This document shows positions 25,771-39,440 of a stretch of 64,000 bases of DNA, piece after piece. Under the pieces are notes generated by a model that was not told the origin of the DNA, ran no database searches, and saw only the letters and a program-made list of their open reading frames with translations. The position numbers and the translations under genes were made by a program. The stretch covers positions 27,344,001 through 27,408,000 of the forward strand of contig OZ249436.1 of NCBI GenBank assembly GCA_965235115.1, written 5' to 3'. How positions within the stretch are numbered: position 1 is the stretch's first letter; each line of letters begins with the position of its first letter. Source of the DNA: Laetmonice hystrix. Taxonomy: Eukaryota.

Positions 25771-28700
25771 AAGAGAAGAACCTTGTAAGGCCTTGGTTAG
25801 AAGCAGCTTCCTGAAGTTATTCATCTTCCTTTTTTTATGTATAACACGGATTTCGTGTAGGCTTCAGTATGGCCTGTACATTAGAGGCGGTGCTTAACCT
25901 TCACAGCATCACGTTGACATATGGGTTGTAGTACGATGATTGATCCGACACATTTATTATAGTTTGTGCCGGATGGACCTGTGAAGGGGAATTGGCCAAC
26001 CCTGCCGGGAGAGACAAACCCAGCCTAGTTCGGCGGCCTTCCATCATTCGGTGAGTGGTCGGCCAACAGAGGCTACTGGCCGTCATTGTGAACTCAGAGA
26101 AGTGTTTGCTGAGAAATCGGTTCATTAACACATAGGAGAGCCAGGAGTTAAGGAAGGTTGGAAGGAGGATGGTTCCTCGCAGTTTCTCCTTAAAATAGAG
26201 ACATGATTGATGGTTTCACCATTTATAAAAAAGGGACATCATGGGGAAATCAGATCTAGAGAAGCAAAGGGCAACAAGGAGGGGAAAACGGGACTTGCCT
26301 CATGCTATGTTACGAGACTGTTGGGGCGGATAGGGTGTAAAACGTATTTACCTACGTTTAGCCTACCCGGTTTATCAACAGTCGCATGCCTGTCACCCTA
26401 GGCTGAATATATTGTATACTCACTTAATTACTGCGGATAACGCCCTTTTCATGTGTGCTATAACCTGGCATGTGTTTTGGTAGTGTTTTTGTAAGCAGCG
26501 CTTGAACTTTTTGTAATACCATTCTCGCATTTAAGCGTGGAACCTGTCTTTAAAAACAGTACCGTCGGTAATAATGATACCAAGACGGGGAAAAACCAAA
26601 CTAGTAGTCCCACCAATATATCACGTTGGTAATTCATGTTGGGCCAATTCAGGCACATGCGTCGGTACATTTCAGAAAAGAAAGAAAACTCGAAGAGAAG
26701 GAGAAAATGATCTGTTTCTTCGAAGAGTACACGTTTATATCAAAGTTTTAACAACCAGTTCTCGACGAAGAAATGAAATAGGTAAAACAAGAATAGTTCT
26801 AATGATGCTTCTGAGGATTCTTGCATACTGGGAATGGTCATTTCATCGTGTCTTTTTAAAACCGGCTTCTTGTACCGTGTGGATCTAGTGATTAGCACAA
26901 GGTCCATATCTTGCCTGAAAATAAATGCTTAGTCTGCAGTATGTATCAGTGCTACAGCTACTATACGACACATCATAAAGTAGATCCAGAAGCAGAATGT
27001 TCTTTGGACGCTTGCGTACATATATGTAATGTGCCAAAGTCGATATTTTCTCCATTTGTCGGAACACTGAGGTTGAATCATTCATTGTGTACTTGATAAA
27101 TGGCGAATACAGTGGGATATATGGAAGTGAGTACGGATGAGGGAACGATGTAATAGTGAACAATGGTAACGTTCACTTCGTTATTTCTTGGAATTCTCAA
27201 CAGCTCAAGTCGAGTGATAAAAACAGCTACCGTCAACATCGCACTTCAGGTCTTTCGACGGTGAGGAAAACACGGCCTAAACGAGATTAGATCGTGCCTA
27301 ATTGCATGAATATGATTTATCTCTCAAAGGACAATTAATAAAACAGCCAGCCACATTTCACAGCAGAAAAGTTGTCATTGTTTTCGGTGGAAGCAAGAAG
27401 CGACGCTTTGCGTGGGCCAGCCCTGGAGGTAGACAAAGCGAAGAGGATGATGCATGAGCACGCTCACGGTGCGTGCCGACTGACGGACGGCTGCCATAAC
27501 AAAGACTCCACACCATGGCCACATGTGGTCCGGCAGCAGGACCTCCTTCACAATGCGAACTGTCAAAGAAAAAGAGCAAGACTCAAAACAGTCTTTCTTC
27601 ATATTTTCAAAAAATGATTTTTGTATCATGTATTTTCTATCATTAAGGGACGGTGGGGAAATGCATAAACAGACTTAACAGGACGTATTCAGATTATTTT
27701 TATGGTGCGTCGACTAAGCATTGTTTTGATCTTTTTCTGTACATAATATTATGTGATATCCAGGTTTAGTGGATACGGGTACCAGCTGAGCATAGGATTT
27801 GTGTTGAGTGTTACATCATGGAAATAAGTGTAGCAAGGAATTGTTTTTATTCAAACATTACACATGTGGGGCATGGTGAATGTGTACCAATACCAGATGT
27901 TGACTAAATTGAATGCCGTACTTGTGGCAGGTTGTAGGTGGTATTTCTTCCTTTCCTTTTCTTTTTTTTTGGTCTTTATTTCCTTTCCTTTCTTCCCCTT
28001 TCATTTCCTTTCTTTTCCTTTTCCTCTTAATGGAAGTAATGCATGCAGTGCTTGGTTGAGGGCCATTTAGGCTGTTGGTTGCCAATGATAACGCAAGGGA
28101 TGAATTTCTAGTGCACAGAGACTGGAAAACAGGTTATAAACTGCTGCCAATGTTGGACGTTCTCATTCAATTTCTTTTTTTCTCTTTTTTTTCCAGGCAA
28201 TATTGGGTATCGTAGATAAGGAATTTCGAATTTATCTTTGTTTCATACGCAATAAAGGGTTATATGAAATTGTACATGCCACAATGATTGAAAGGGAAAT
28301 TTTATTTCCATGCAGCGATTATAGAAATTGTCGTTGGAATTGGCAGTTGACTATACATATTATCTTGGGAGAGTGCCCAGTCCTAAGTGACAACTAACAG
28401 AAGTCATATTTCCCTATAGTAAGACTATTGCTTTTCATAAAGCGTACACGAATTCACAGTGGGGCATGATAGGGCTCAATGCATAAAGATTGATTGATTG
28501 AGCCTGTACAAGGGACCCAGGAAAACAGCAAAACAGATGAGACAATCAAATTGATTGAAGCCGTTCACTCACGGCCGTAGAGGTGATGAACAAATCGGTG
28601 CACTGAGGTACGCACAATGTCAACTAAATCCTGACTGTAAAGACTTTGTTTGTATTGTCAGACCAGAAACATGGCCTTCCTAGACCACGTTATTAGAAAC

Positions 28701-29219
28701 ATTCATAAAGGCGTAGTCCGTCTATGTATGTTCACCAAAGGATAAAATAACCTTTAAATGACCGTCGACGGATGTAGCATATGCAAACCATACTGCCCTT
28801 TCAAACTTCAAGTGCCCTGCATGCTTGTATTGTTGGAAATGGCAGGCATAAGTGGTACTTAATGCCCGTATTTCACTATCGCTCATGGATGGATATATAT
28901 ATTGTCAGTGACCGACACGTTCATAGAACTTTCTTTTCAATGAATGTATTTATCGAGAGACAGCCAGCGTTTAATTTGACACAGTACTCACCTGCGACAG
29001 GCTGTTTGAGTGACCTGCTCAACAGGTCATGCGGACTGTGATTTTCCGAGTTATAAATCCACTTCCATAAATGGACTCTGATATTGCTGCTCTCTGGCTG
29101 ACTTGTATGGCTCGTTCCCGTTACGTTCTAACGGTAAACTACGATGGGGCCTCCGTCAGAGATTAACTGACAGATGGGTAGATAGCGGAGAATAGCGTTG
29201 TCTGCAGACCAGGAGGTCT

Positions 29220-29785
29220 AACCTGTGTTCGCGTGACGATCTCATGGGGCGAGCGTGACAATCTCATGGGGCAAACCGGTGTTCGTGTGATGATCCCATG
29301 GGTCAAACTGGTGTTCGTGTGACGTTCTCATGGGGCAAACCAGTGTTCACCTGATGATCTCATGGGGCGAACCAGTGTTCGCATGACGATCTCATGGGGC
29401 GAACCGGTGTTCACGTGACGATCTCATGGGGCGAACCGGTGTTCGCGTGATGATCTCATGGGGCGAACTGGTGTTCGTGTGACGTTCTCCGGGGCAAACC
29501 AGTGTTCACCTGATGATCTCATGGGGCGAACCAGTGTTTGCATGACGATCTCATGGGGCGAACTGGTGTTCACGTCATGATCTCATGGGTCAAACCGGTG
29601 TTCGCATAGTGATCTCATGGGGCGAACCGGTGTTCGCGTGACCATCTCATGGGGCGAACCGGTGTTCGCGTGACCATCTCATGGGGCGAACCGGTGTTCG
29701 CGTGACCATCTCATGGGGTGAACCGGTGTTCGCGTGACAATCTCATGGGGCGAACCGGTGTTCGCGTGACAATCTCATGGGGCGA
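29220..29785. repeat. Minisatellite, about 17 units of 32 bp
   Basis: Consensus GAACCGGTGTTCGCGTGACGATCTCATGGGGC; GCGAAC-CGGT-GTTCGC forms a hairpin in each period. Confidence 0.95.
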
Positions 29786-31729
29786 TATCAAACCATGACG
29801 TAATCTGCTGTCGTCATATAACAATCTTTTGAGGAGACACATTGTGGCGATCTGAGCTTCACCATAAACGTGTGCTCCCGAGGCGTCAGGATGGAATATG
29901 CGCAAAGTAAATTCCCAATACTTTCCACGCTTCTCTCTCAAAACACGTAATTGCAAAAACTGTGAGGAGCATGAAAGGGACATGCGTGTTTCTGCTTGGT
30001 AGGGAGTTGATCGACACTCGGCAATATTCGGTCGACGATGCCCCGTGAGGGTCTCCCGGAGTCTTGGCATTCACATATTTCCATCAAATGCTCTGGAGAC
30101 TGTATAATAAATACAAGCCAGGTGCAGGATCGTAACGGGGGCAGCTGGGATGGGGTTTTTGTTGGGTACGGTATGCGGTTATGGATGTGGTGAGATCAGA
30201 TGTAATATTGTTCGCAGGGACCTTTTACTCGAGGCAATGGAACATCACTTTGCACACCGGATCTGCCACATTTCTGATCATAGTTGCAGGCCGAATGCCA
30301 GATTCAGGGAGACAGAAAAACTATGTTCATTCAAGGTTGGGAAAACCAAGGCAGATTACAAAAGACCGAGGGCCGCCCAAGGGGGGGGGGGGGTGCGGGT
30401 ACCTGGGAAACCTCAGCCAACAGTCCCCCGACAGTACTGAATAAATAACTATAGGCAACATCCACTGGATCACTTTCACAGAGTGCTGAAAATGGAGCGA
30501 AAATATGTTTCCTTGCCCCAGCCATCATTCCAGATGAGGTAATAAAATCGTTGTCTGCACCATGTGGAGAGTTAAAGCCTCGGGCCGCGCCATGATTGTG
30601 ATTGCCCTTAGCAGATGTATGCAGTCTCCATGTTGACTGCTGCTTACTCGGCCTACTTTGCCTGGTATGTCTGGGTTGGGTGGGTGTGGGCTGGCAAATA
30701 GAAGCCACTATGGGTGCTCACACTGCAATAAAACCGACTCCATCAAATGAAAGATAGGCCGAACTGGGGATTTTTTCTCTATCTGTATCACGGCCAAGTG
30801 AAGGCTGTGCCAGACCAGCTGTGATAGTGTTGCCTCCGGCCAAACAAGATGGCCAAACAAGATAGCACCGACCTGAGCCGTGGACTTGCAGGGTCGACAC
30901 TCAAAGACAATCCCAAATACAGCTGTCAGCCTGCGGACCAGTAAATCACACCTTTATGCCAGGGCAGCCTGCCCTCAGACACGTTATTACTGGAGACCCG
31001 CCCAACCTGCCACACGAACTTGAAGTCGGCACGGCCAAGTGGAACATGTATCATTTACCAGATGCGTATCCTGGTCTTATCGCGAGAGACAGTACTGTCA
31101 CTGGGCAAGTCAGGCCAAAAAACACCTAGAACCTATATTGTATTTGTCAGAGTCAGTTTTCACCCGTTGAGAAACAAAAACTACCAGTCCACAGTATCTG
31201 TTGCGGCCCTAATGACCAGAATGTGTTTGAATTCCAAACTTAGTAGATGTCACAAATTACCAAGTTCTCTGAGGTTCAGGCAGTTTAGCAGTTAGGTTAA
31301 ACAAACAGGGCACTAAGTAAAAAGTTGGAGTTGGTCCATAAACGCCATCTGTTTATGATAGCTAGGCTGGAAACAGATAAAACTAACGCTCAGAACCAAC
31401 ACAAATTTAGCCCCTCCCCCCCCCCCAAAAAAAAGGAGGAATTACAACTGACAGGACAAATTCTGTACTTTATCAAGGAGAGTATCTACTTCCTCTTTTA
31501 ACTCGTATTAAAAATGGTGTGTTGTTATTTGCTTCATTTTACTGCTTATGGATAAAAGTTAGAATTAATGATCCGGTTAAATAACTCCAGGCATAGCTGT
31601 TTGAATAGTCCAGTGAAGCCTATTAAACGATGTAAATATTTGGATGTATGTAAAATGCACTTTCGACTTCATCCCCGGGATGAAGTGTAGAAGCTAAGCA
31701 ACGTTTAGTGTAGATTCTATATGCATGTA

Positions 31730-32260
31730 CAGACACCGGACATAAATTTAGCCCCATTTTCTTTAGAACGGCTTAACGTAACAGACTGTCGTACATTTCA
31801 ACTGTAAAAAGTTTGTTCTAAGACCCTTTGTTAAAAGACACCACTGTTGTTACTTGGGCACAATACTGATAAACATGTCCACTGAAAATAAGATGCAAAT
31901 TCTAAAGGCGTGGGATGTAAAGCGGATATGGCCGAGGTACAGCGCCAGGGCATCATAAAGAAGAGGCAAGTTGGAGTAACCGTCAACAGGATCGCGCAGC
32001 AGCTGAATGTCTCCAGATGGGCCGTTTCAAGAGTATGGAGGAGGTTCTAAAAACTAGATTGTAAAAAGCTCGAAAGCGACGGTCGGGTCGGCTGCCAAAA
32101 ACAACAGCCAGAGAGATGACCGAGTAGGCCTACTCCGACGCTTGGTGATGCAGCATTGATTTGCACCTGTTGCAAGAATCAACGTTCTACGGAATGAAAG
32201 AATTCAAGTTCAGACCTTGAGAAAGACCACCAAACATTGTGTGAAACGTCTGGCCGCATT
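31730..32260 (+). mobile_element. Tc1-family transposon remnant: left end plus disrupted N-terminal DNA-binding region of the transposase
   Basis: TA|CAGACACCGGACATAAATTTAGCCCC is a Tc1-style terminus (TA at 31728-31729). From 31910: VGCKADMAEVQRQGIIKKRQVGVTVNRIAQQLNVSRWAVSRVWRRF*, then with frameshifts KRRSGRLPKTTARE / DDR..LLRRLVMQH*F. This matches the paired-like HTH and GRPR-like linker of Tc1 transposases. The DDE domain is absent. Confidence 0.8.
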
Positions 32261-32359
32261 CAGCAGAATTTCTAGTCTCGATACACCAGACCCTTTTCCC
32301 CGCTAGAGGCCGCTAGTCCTCCTATCCTGGTCGTCGAGTCTACAGAATTGTCATCTGCC

Positions 32360-33180
32360 AAAATGGCTTGGCAGCCATCTTGTGTGTCAACGCATTTCGA
32401 GCAATAAGTCAGACAAAACGGTCCCGATTTCTGTCAAATTTGGGGCAAGGTAGGAGCATCTGAGAGGCAATGTTTATGCCAATGTATTCTTAGTTCAGAG
32501 CAGATTTAGTGACATGGCGGCCATATTTGCTTTTTGACCCCCAAAAAACACTGTTTTGGTTCATATCTCGAAAATAGTGCAAGATAACACAATACCGTAG
32601 TTTATATGAAGTTTCGTTTGGCGAAATTTTCCATGACCTTCTGTGACCTTGAAAGGTCAATCAGAGTCATGCATATTTATCTGGTTTTCTTTCAAACTTG
32701 GTGAGAAGAGAAGGCATATATGAGCATATTTTGTGTTCAGATTAAATATAAGTGAACAAGGTAACGATACTTTCTATAAACTAAGATTAAGATCGTTATA
32801 TTAGGTTTCATTTGTCACTATTTCACTTTACATTCAGTGACCTTGTGAGGTCAGTTAAGGTCAGGGACGTTTTTGACGATTCATATCTAGAAAACACTCC
32901 AAGATAACTACTAACTACAACTGATTCCTAAAGACAAAGTTTCTTTGTGACTCAAGTATGTGACGGATGTTCTCACATGGACTGTACCTCAAAAATACAA
33001 AATACAATATATTTCCTATACCCCCAGCGCCGTGAAGATGGCCTTAGAAAGGTCATGCATATTCATCTGGTTTTCTTTCAAACTTGGTGAGAAGAGAAGC
33101 CAGGTGAGAGGCAACAAGCGTGCCAATTTATTTTGTGTTCAGATTAAATATAAGTGAAGAAGTTAACCATACTTTCTATA
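32360..33180 (-). mobile_element. Helentron/HINE-like interspersed repeat, copy 2, with internal ~130-bp duplication
   Basis: Homologous to 19690-19910 (same strand) and to the reverse complement of 55620-55832. Segments 32651-32778 and 33047-33180 are related copies. Confidence 0.7.
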
Positions 33181-33202
33181 CTATGTTAGGAGGATAGGAT
33201 GA

Positions 33203-33243
33203 CATTAGCAGCGTAAAACCACAATTACTCACTCACTCACTCC
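33203..33243 (+). mobile_element. Possible retroposon (SINE/LINE) 3' tail ending in (ACTC)n
   Basis: GCGTAAAACCACAATT followed by (ACTC)4. Simple-repeat tails of this kind are typical of invertebrate SINEs. No head seen. Confidence 0.3.
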
Positions 33244-36200
33244 TATACCCACAGATAATTAGTCCCTGCCCAGTTGGGGGGTTGTTATTCCTGTTTTATT
33301 TTCCGGTGGGGTTCGGTAGAGTAGTTTGATGTTTAAGGTCACCGTGTGCAGTGATACGTTCATGTGTGCCTCTTTGTGAAGTAAAAGCATACAGGTATAT
33401 ATTTCAGTTAGAACAACGATCTCCTGTATGTTTTTTTACATTGTCTGCTGAAGTCTGCCTGCCACGCTAACAGCCAATGTAAGGTACTCTGTGGTAATAT
33501 TATAGATCGTTAGTTGCTGGCGGATATATCCAAGGTGTATTGTCCTACGCCTTGTTATTCACTAACCGTCTCAGCTGCACTTCAGTGCAGTGACAATGTG
33601 CTTGTATTTATCAAACGTAAATATCGCTTATGTTTTTGAAAGGACTATTGGACTATATTGTGCTGGTGACAAGTTTCAAGAAGAAACACTAAGTGCCATC
33701 ACACTTTGCCATACTCTCCCTTTTGTGATTGCGATCCAGGGATAGGTTGTGCGCTTTCATATATTCCTTGCACTGAGAAAACGTTATTGACACCACCGTC
33801 ATCATGAAATGGTTTGTGGAGTGCTGCTACCAGGCACCAGGCGGTGTCAACGGGCGGTCACAAAGAGCAGGGTCACATGTTATACCATGATATGATGTCT
33901 CAGACATCACACAGCAGTGAGCTCTGTAAGACACTGTTATAATGTAACCTGCAGGTGTAAGGCACTGGGCTTTCTCGGCCTTGATATATGGACGGTGCTG
34001 TAATTACTTCGCGTAAATGGAAATTCCGAGTGTGCTTGGAAGTGGAAAATTACTTCGTTTGTCAGCCATTTCACAGCTGAGACGATGATGTGTTCATATG
34101 ATGTCTTTATTATAATCAGTATACAGAAATCAATTGTTTCTATTGTACAGAATATAAAGACGGTAAAGGTTTTTGCTGCTTAAAATTGTTGAGGGCTTCC
34201 AGCACGGAGGTGTTTGCTTGTGTAATGTAGGTGCAAACACGGTGTAACTGTATAGGAGGTGGTACACTTGCTGACTTGTCCGATGAGGAACTCGCCAGGA
34301 GTCTAAACGTGCATTCATTTCAATCGTATGAACAAACGTAGAAAATGAACTCACTGTGTTGTGATGTATAGTAAAGAGTGTTGAGCTGCACATATATACC
34401 GGAAAGAAAGGGACGACGCCCCCCCCCCCCCCCACTATCACCACCGTCCGAAGCAAACAAACAAACAAACAAGCAGGAATTCGTGATTCAGTCGTGAATA
34501 TTTCAATTTAATATATTTAAGTTTTTCATATTTTTATCAAAATGAATTATTGTATATGAAGTGGTTGTGATATTGAAAGGTAAATTGAGAAAGGTTCCAA
34601 AAGGCGCTTTAAAATAACATTTTAAACGGTTTAAGATTGATGCACGTCATTTTTATATGATGAGCAAACACATGTACATGTATAGATTTTTTGCCAGACC
34701 TTTTTAAAAATGGAGTCGCCAGAAGTAAATTTAATAATGCATGTTGATCTCCTCAAAGGACATTTGATAGTCATTTGGAAACGGAATTTGGCAACTTCAA
34801 CAGAGCACTTCACAATCACAACTCAAACCAAGTAACTTGACTTGTCAGGATAACGGTAAAACTCCATCAAGATCCGGATCACATTTTGCCAGAGATGCAA
34901 ATCGAATCTTCATTCACGGGGTAAATTGAATTACGATGAACAGAATATGAAAGCGATGTCATTTTATGAAACGATCCGATGCCATTTTACTAAGTATTGT
35001 GACTTTCCGACTGCGTAACTCTCAAATCGTGGTTTTCTGTTCTTGGATTCCCAGCGGGCGATAAGCGAGACATAGGGCTGACAGTCGACGATCTCCTGAG
35101 AGCCTACGTTATGTAATTGTCGGGAGATGTGTCAAGATTAGGTGTGCAGCCATGCTTATGAGGAAACTCGACAAACTAGAAAAATCATGGACTTGACGAG
35201 AGTTTATGGGGAAAAAAAGACCAAGCGGAAATGAAATTCGTCAGGGGCAGTGAGCACACACTATTGGTTCGCAACACAAACACGAATTGCATGTAGTAAA
35301 TAATTTAGCATTGAACAAATCACTCGTACCTCACACCTAACACACACGGATCTGTTTCACTGGGCTGCGTTGGCTCGAATACAAACACTCCCAGCTGATA
35401 CACTGCTTCATACATCATACATTGTCCCAGTAGATGTTGAATCATACTATAAAAGCAGCCTGTGCTGCATTGGTGCATTGTACCATGCATAAACTGTAGG
35501 AGCTGAGGAAGAAGGTGACTAAATGGTGGGGGAAGTGAAAACATGGGTGAAAACATGGGTGAGCAAATTGCAAATAGGTTACCTAGCTATAGATTGTCCA
35601 GTGTTACTTCTGCCATCTCAAATAGTTATGTATTTTTAAATGCAACAAAATTAATTTTAAATTCGTATTACATGATTTGGGAAGTATAAGGTGAAAAGTC
35701 TGTTTGGGGTGCAAATGGCACGCCCAGTCCTTTACCCCCTACCGTGGTACATAGTGGAGGAGAGCCGTTGGGTGTCCGGGTCAGCAGTGGTCCAGACACC
35801 ATGGCCGCCCACCCTGCCGCCTACCAGGTGTGAATCCAGATCACTCACCCAGCCTCTGGCCATCATCGACCACACTGACCACAGACAACCTGCTGTGGCA
35901 ATCAGCCCGACAACAGACCCAGCCCTTCCATTCGGGTGGAACACGTCGGCACAGAGCGACAAATGGGCCCTTAATTATACTCCACCACCACCCACAACGC
36001 CCACTCCTTTCCACTCTCACTCATTTGGAACAGAACGGCACCACTGTTTGTAGGGCAGTTGAACACGTCAGTGATGAATAAATCCATTCTGAGGTGATTC
36101 CTGTTCGAAGGTCCTTGATAGTCCAGCCTTTGTGATCGCTGTGTTGAGCATGAGGCACGGGCAACTTTTTCATATGACCTCTGACATTCTAAAAATAGTC

Positions 36201-38494
36201 AAAAGACTACGCTTTGTTAAGTGTATAATTAACTTCCCCCTCCTTGTATGCGAGTTAAAAAGTTTCCTTTTAGCATTGCTTAAAATAGAAATTGAGGTAT
36301 GATAAACGGACACGTAGGATTTTTTTCTAATGGTGTAAAAGTGTCGACCGTGGCAGTTGAGTAGAATTCCTGTTTAAAATATCGGTTGCTATTTGTACGA
36401 TTTGTAAGAGTTATGTATAAACAGACTATCGTTAAGTTCGGGTACCAGAAAAAAAACACTGACAGGAGTTTTATTTGGCACGAAACCATCGCTTGTAAAT
36501 GAGGAGCCCACTGCTGATTGTGATTTTCCATGTAGGACAGTCATAACGACCTGTCAACATGGCAGTAATGGCTATATAAACCGGCAATGGAGTGATGTTT
36601 AATTTAGATATTGCATGAATGGGCCATAAAAGCCTGTTCCTTCTGGTGTCATCACTTTTCATTCCCAGTCAGGGAGTAAAACATTGCGGGACACGTTTTC
36701 AATGGGCTTTACTCTCAGCAACGGAAGTTCATTGTAGCTTGTGTGATAGCTTTTTTAGTGGGCGGGATGGGGTGGGGGCGGTTTCTTGACAAGTTCCAAC
36801 TGTAGAAAGTCTCTTGAGGACCTTCAGTCGGTGGTTACACCAGCCGAACCATTCACTCGTACTGGGACTCTGAACTACCATCAAAAACAGTCCCATTTGG
36901 CCAGGCTTTCAAAATCCATCTGGCTTCAGCCGACGAGTGTCCCCCAGGGTGTCCCAGGTGCCTGGGGCTGGAGGAGTGTCCTTCAGGGTGTCCCAGGCGC
37001 CGCTACCATGGCGCCTGAGGCTGGAAGACCGAGCAGGATGAAGCCTCAGGCGGCCTTTCTAACAGCAATTGGTCGCTTTAACACTTAGGGTGATCATTTT
37101 CTTAAATTAAGCCGTGTTAAATCTCATGCAGAATTACCTTAGGTACGATGGTGACAGGCCTTTGGGGTGGAAGGGGGAGCAGGGAGATTAAAAAACAAAT
37201 CCTAACATCACCGAACATATGTTTGTGTTTGATTGATCGTATTGACACTATTTCACTCTCCGTTGAGCATTTGTTTAAACGATCTCTCATAATCAACCTC
37301 CCTTTGTTCTTGTAGTCGGTCCGAAATAACACACTCTGTTGACATTTTAAAGGACGGATATGTCCCTCGGAGGCATTACCCCATTAGACTACTATGTCCG
37401 ACGTCAATACGCTCGAATGCACAACACCGCAAAGCTTATATTATACAAAAATTCCTACATATTCCTCCAAGGTGGCGCTAACAGCAGTTAAAATCATGTG
37501 TAAACCTCACACATTGCCGCCAAGGTGTCTCTTGATGCTGTAGACCTGCCGCTGGCTGTATTTTAAGTGATTTCTATCGCCCAGACACCACTTGTGGGTC
37601 GGACGTGGAGAAAGAGTGAGGGGCATTGTCAAACGCCACCACAGGCAATTATGTCATGAAGAGCGAGGGTCAGGGGGCCGTGTCAAAGGGCGCGCCGGTT
37701 TCCGGCGTACACCCTTCTTACCAATTGACCTTTACCCCCCTCAGGCAAGGGATACGCAAGGGTGACAGCAAATTACATGCTGGCTTTGGTCGTATTTATT
37801 TTCACTCAAACTGTGGATGTAGGCCCGTAGAGTGCTAGGACCAAAGAGATGACTGGAAATAAATGGAAATGACCCTTCTTGTTGGGAGAAAGCGAATTTG
37901 GAAAGGCATGGTAGTAACTTAGATGTTTTTGAAGTAGCATTGTGTTCATTTGAAAGTGTACTTTGTGAATTGAAGTTACATTAAGTAAACACAGTCAATG
38001 ATACAGGAAATATTCTTTCAACAGAGAAGACAGTGGGTGTACTCCTCGCTATCGGCAGACGATTGAATAAAACGAGAGGTCACACTATTGTTGATATTCA
38101 TGTTTAGGGTGTATTTTTTTGTTTTTCAGAGAAAATCTGACTGCCGTAATGTGTCGAATTATAGTTTGTATTACAATTGCCCTTGAAAAAAGGTTGCAAT
38201 GTTCAACCAACATTGGTGAAAAAAACTTGAACCGTGTCCTTGGCAGAGAGACGAGGTAGTTGTCAGGGAGTTTCTGTGCAAGGATAGATGCCTCATTGTC
38301 ACAACGAGACTAGATTGTCATGAGAGGGAGTACACTGAACAGCAACCATCCCCACGGGGTCCAAGCACGAACAAAAGCACGTATCGAGCTCTGTGCCACC
38401 ACCTGACACGATGCCTCCCAAAGTGTTTGGGTCAGGAAAATTACAGAACTAAAGCCGGGCGCCGAGGTCAGATCGCCTGTGGTCAGGTGGGCGG

Positions 38495-38563
38495 GCGCCT
38501 AGCATAAATTCTCGCTCGCTAAAATTGCCATTGAATTAAGCGAGCGGGGATTTATGTCAGGGC
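38495..38563 (+). ncRNA. Candidate structured RNA / pre-miRNA-like hairpin
   Basis: 38502-38520 pairs contiguously with 38539-38557 (19 bp including three G:U), plus an apical AAUU/AAUU stem, a 7-nt loop and a short basal extension. No match to conserved miRNA families I know. Confidence 0.3.
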
Positions 38564-39280
38564 AGGGACCGGTTGCACCTAACGTGTCGTAAGTGCTTGT
38601 AAGATTTAAGTACATCTCTGAGACATGTCGTAACTGCTGTTGCACTAAATTTCTTACGCGTGTCCCAAACTTCGTATCTTTCGACATGTTTTAGGACATG
38701 GACTAAGTGAAGAACTCGGGCAGGGCTGACCGTGGGGCCACGTGCAAAGCTCCAACCTCAGGAATATGCTAGTTGCCAATAAACAAAATAATAAACCACG
38801 CCACTCAACATGGAAACCATCCATTAGGAAATTTAATTAAACATCTATGTGTGCACCGAGAGGCCTAGAAATGGTCTTCGCTGTGTTCTTACTGTTGCAG
38901 ACTGAATGAATATAAAAAAGGCATCAAAAGCAAAATAAAAGGTGTTAGTGAAATAGGTCAATGTGGTTCTTCCCCCTCGCTCCAATATCTATCCTAAACT
39001 AATTATGAATTTCATTGGCTGTTGAAGTCAATCAGGTCAACAAACAGACATGAGACGATCACTTCATATAGCGACAGCAGGCAACTAGAACGTTGAATTT
39101 CATTAGATTTTCCCATTTCTGTGGGTATACATTTATTGATTTTTACCGAAATGTACCGAATTAATGTAATCTAAGACCATAGCCATGTGTGCATTTTGGA
39201 GTCATTGAAATAAAAGATAGTCGGTGTTTGCTTTAAGTCACCTCACACCACACGCAGCCAGCTTTCTGTCGCATGTCTTA

Positions 39281-39440
39281 TGTTGCGTTGGTGCAACGGC
39301 TTCACCGGCTGTTGCACCAACCGTTGCACCAACTTGTTAGAACACACGTTTAAAAAGAGATGCCGTAAGTCGTTGGTGCAACCCATTTTCGTGCGTAACT
39401 TTAGGACAACACTTACAACCTTTTCTGCAACTGGCCCCTG
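39281..39440. mobile_element. Truncated TIR element with four GTTGCACCAAC motifs in both orientations
   Basis: GTTGGTGCAAC at 39287 and 39372; GTTGCACCAAC at 39311 and 39323. It ends in the TIR-like TGCAACTGGCCCCTG; the partner end was not found. Confidence 0.4.

Noticed and set aside
29340..29375. Hammerhead-like CTGATGA...GAA in some 32-bp units; also CTGATGAG-stem at ~49295
   Set aside because: Lacks the invariant GAAA, the proper stem II closing pair and stem I/III geometry.
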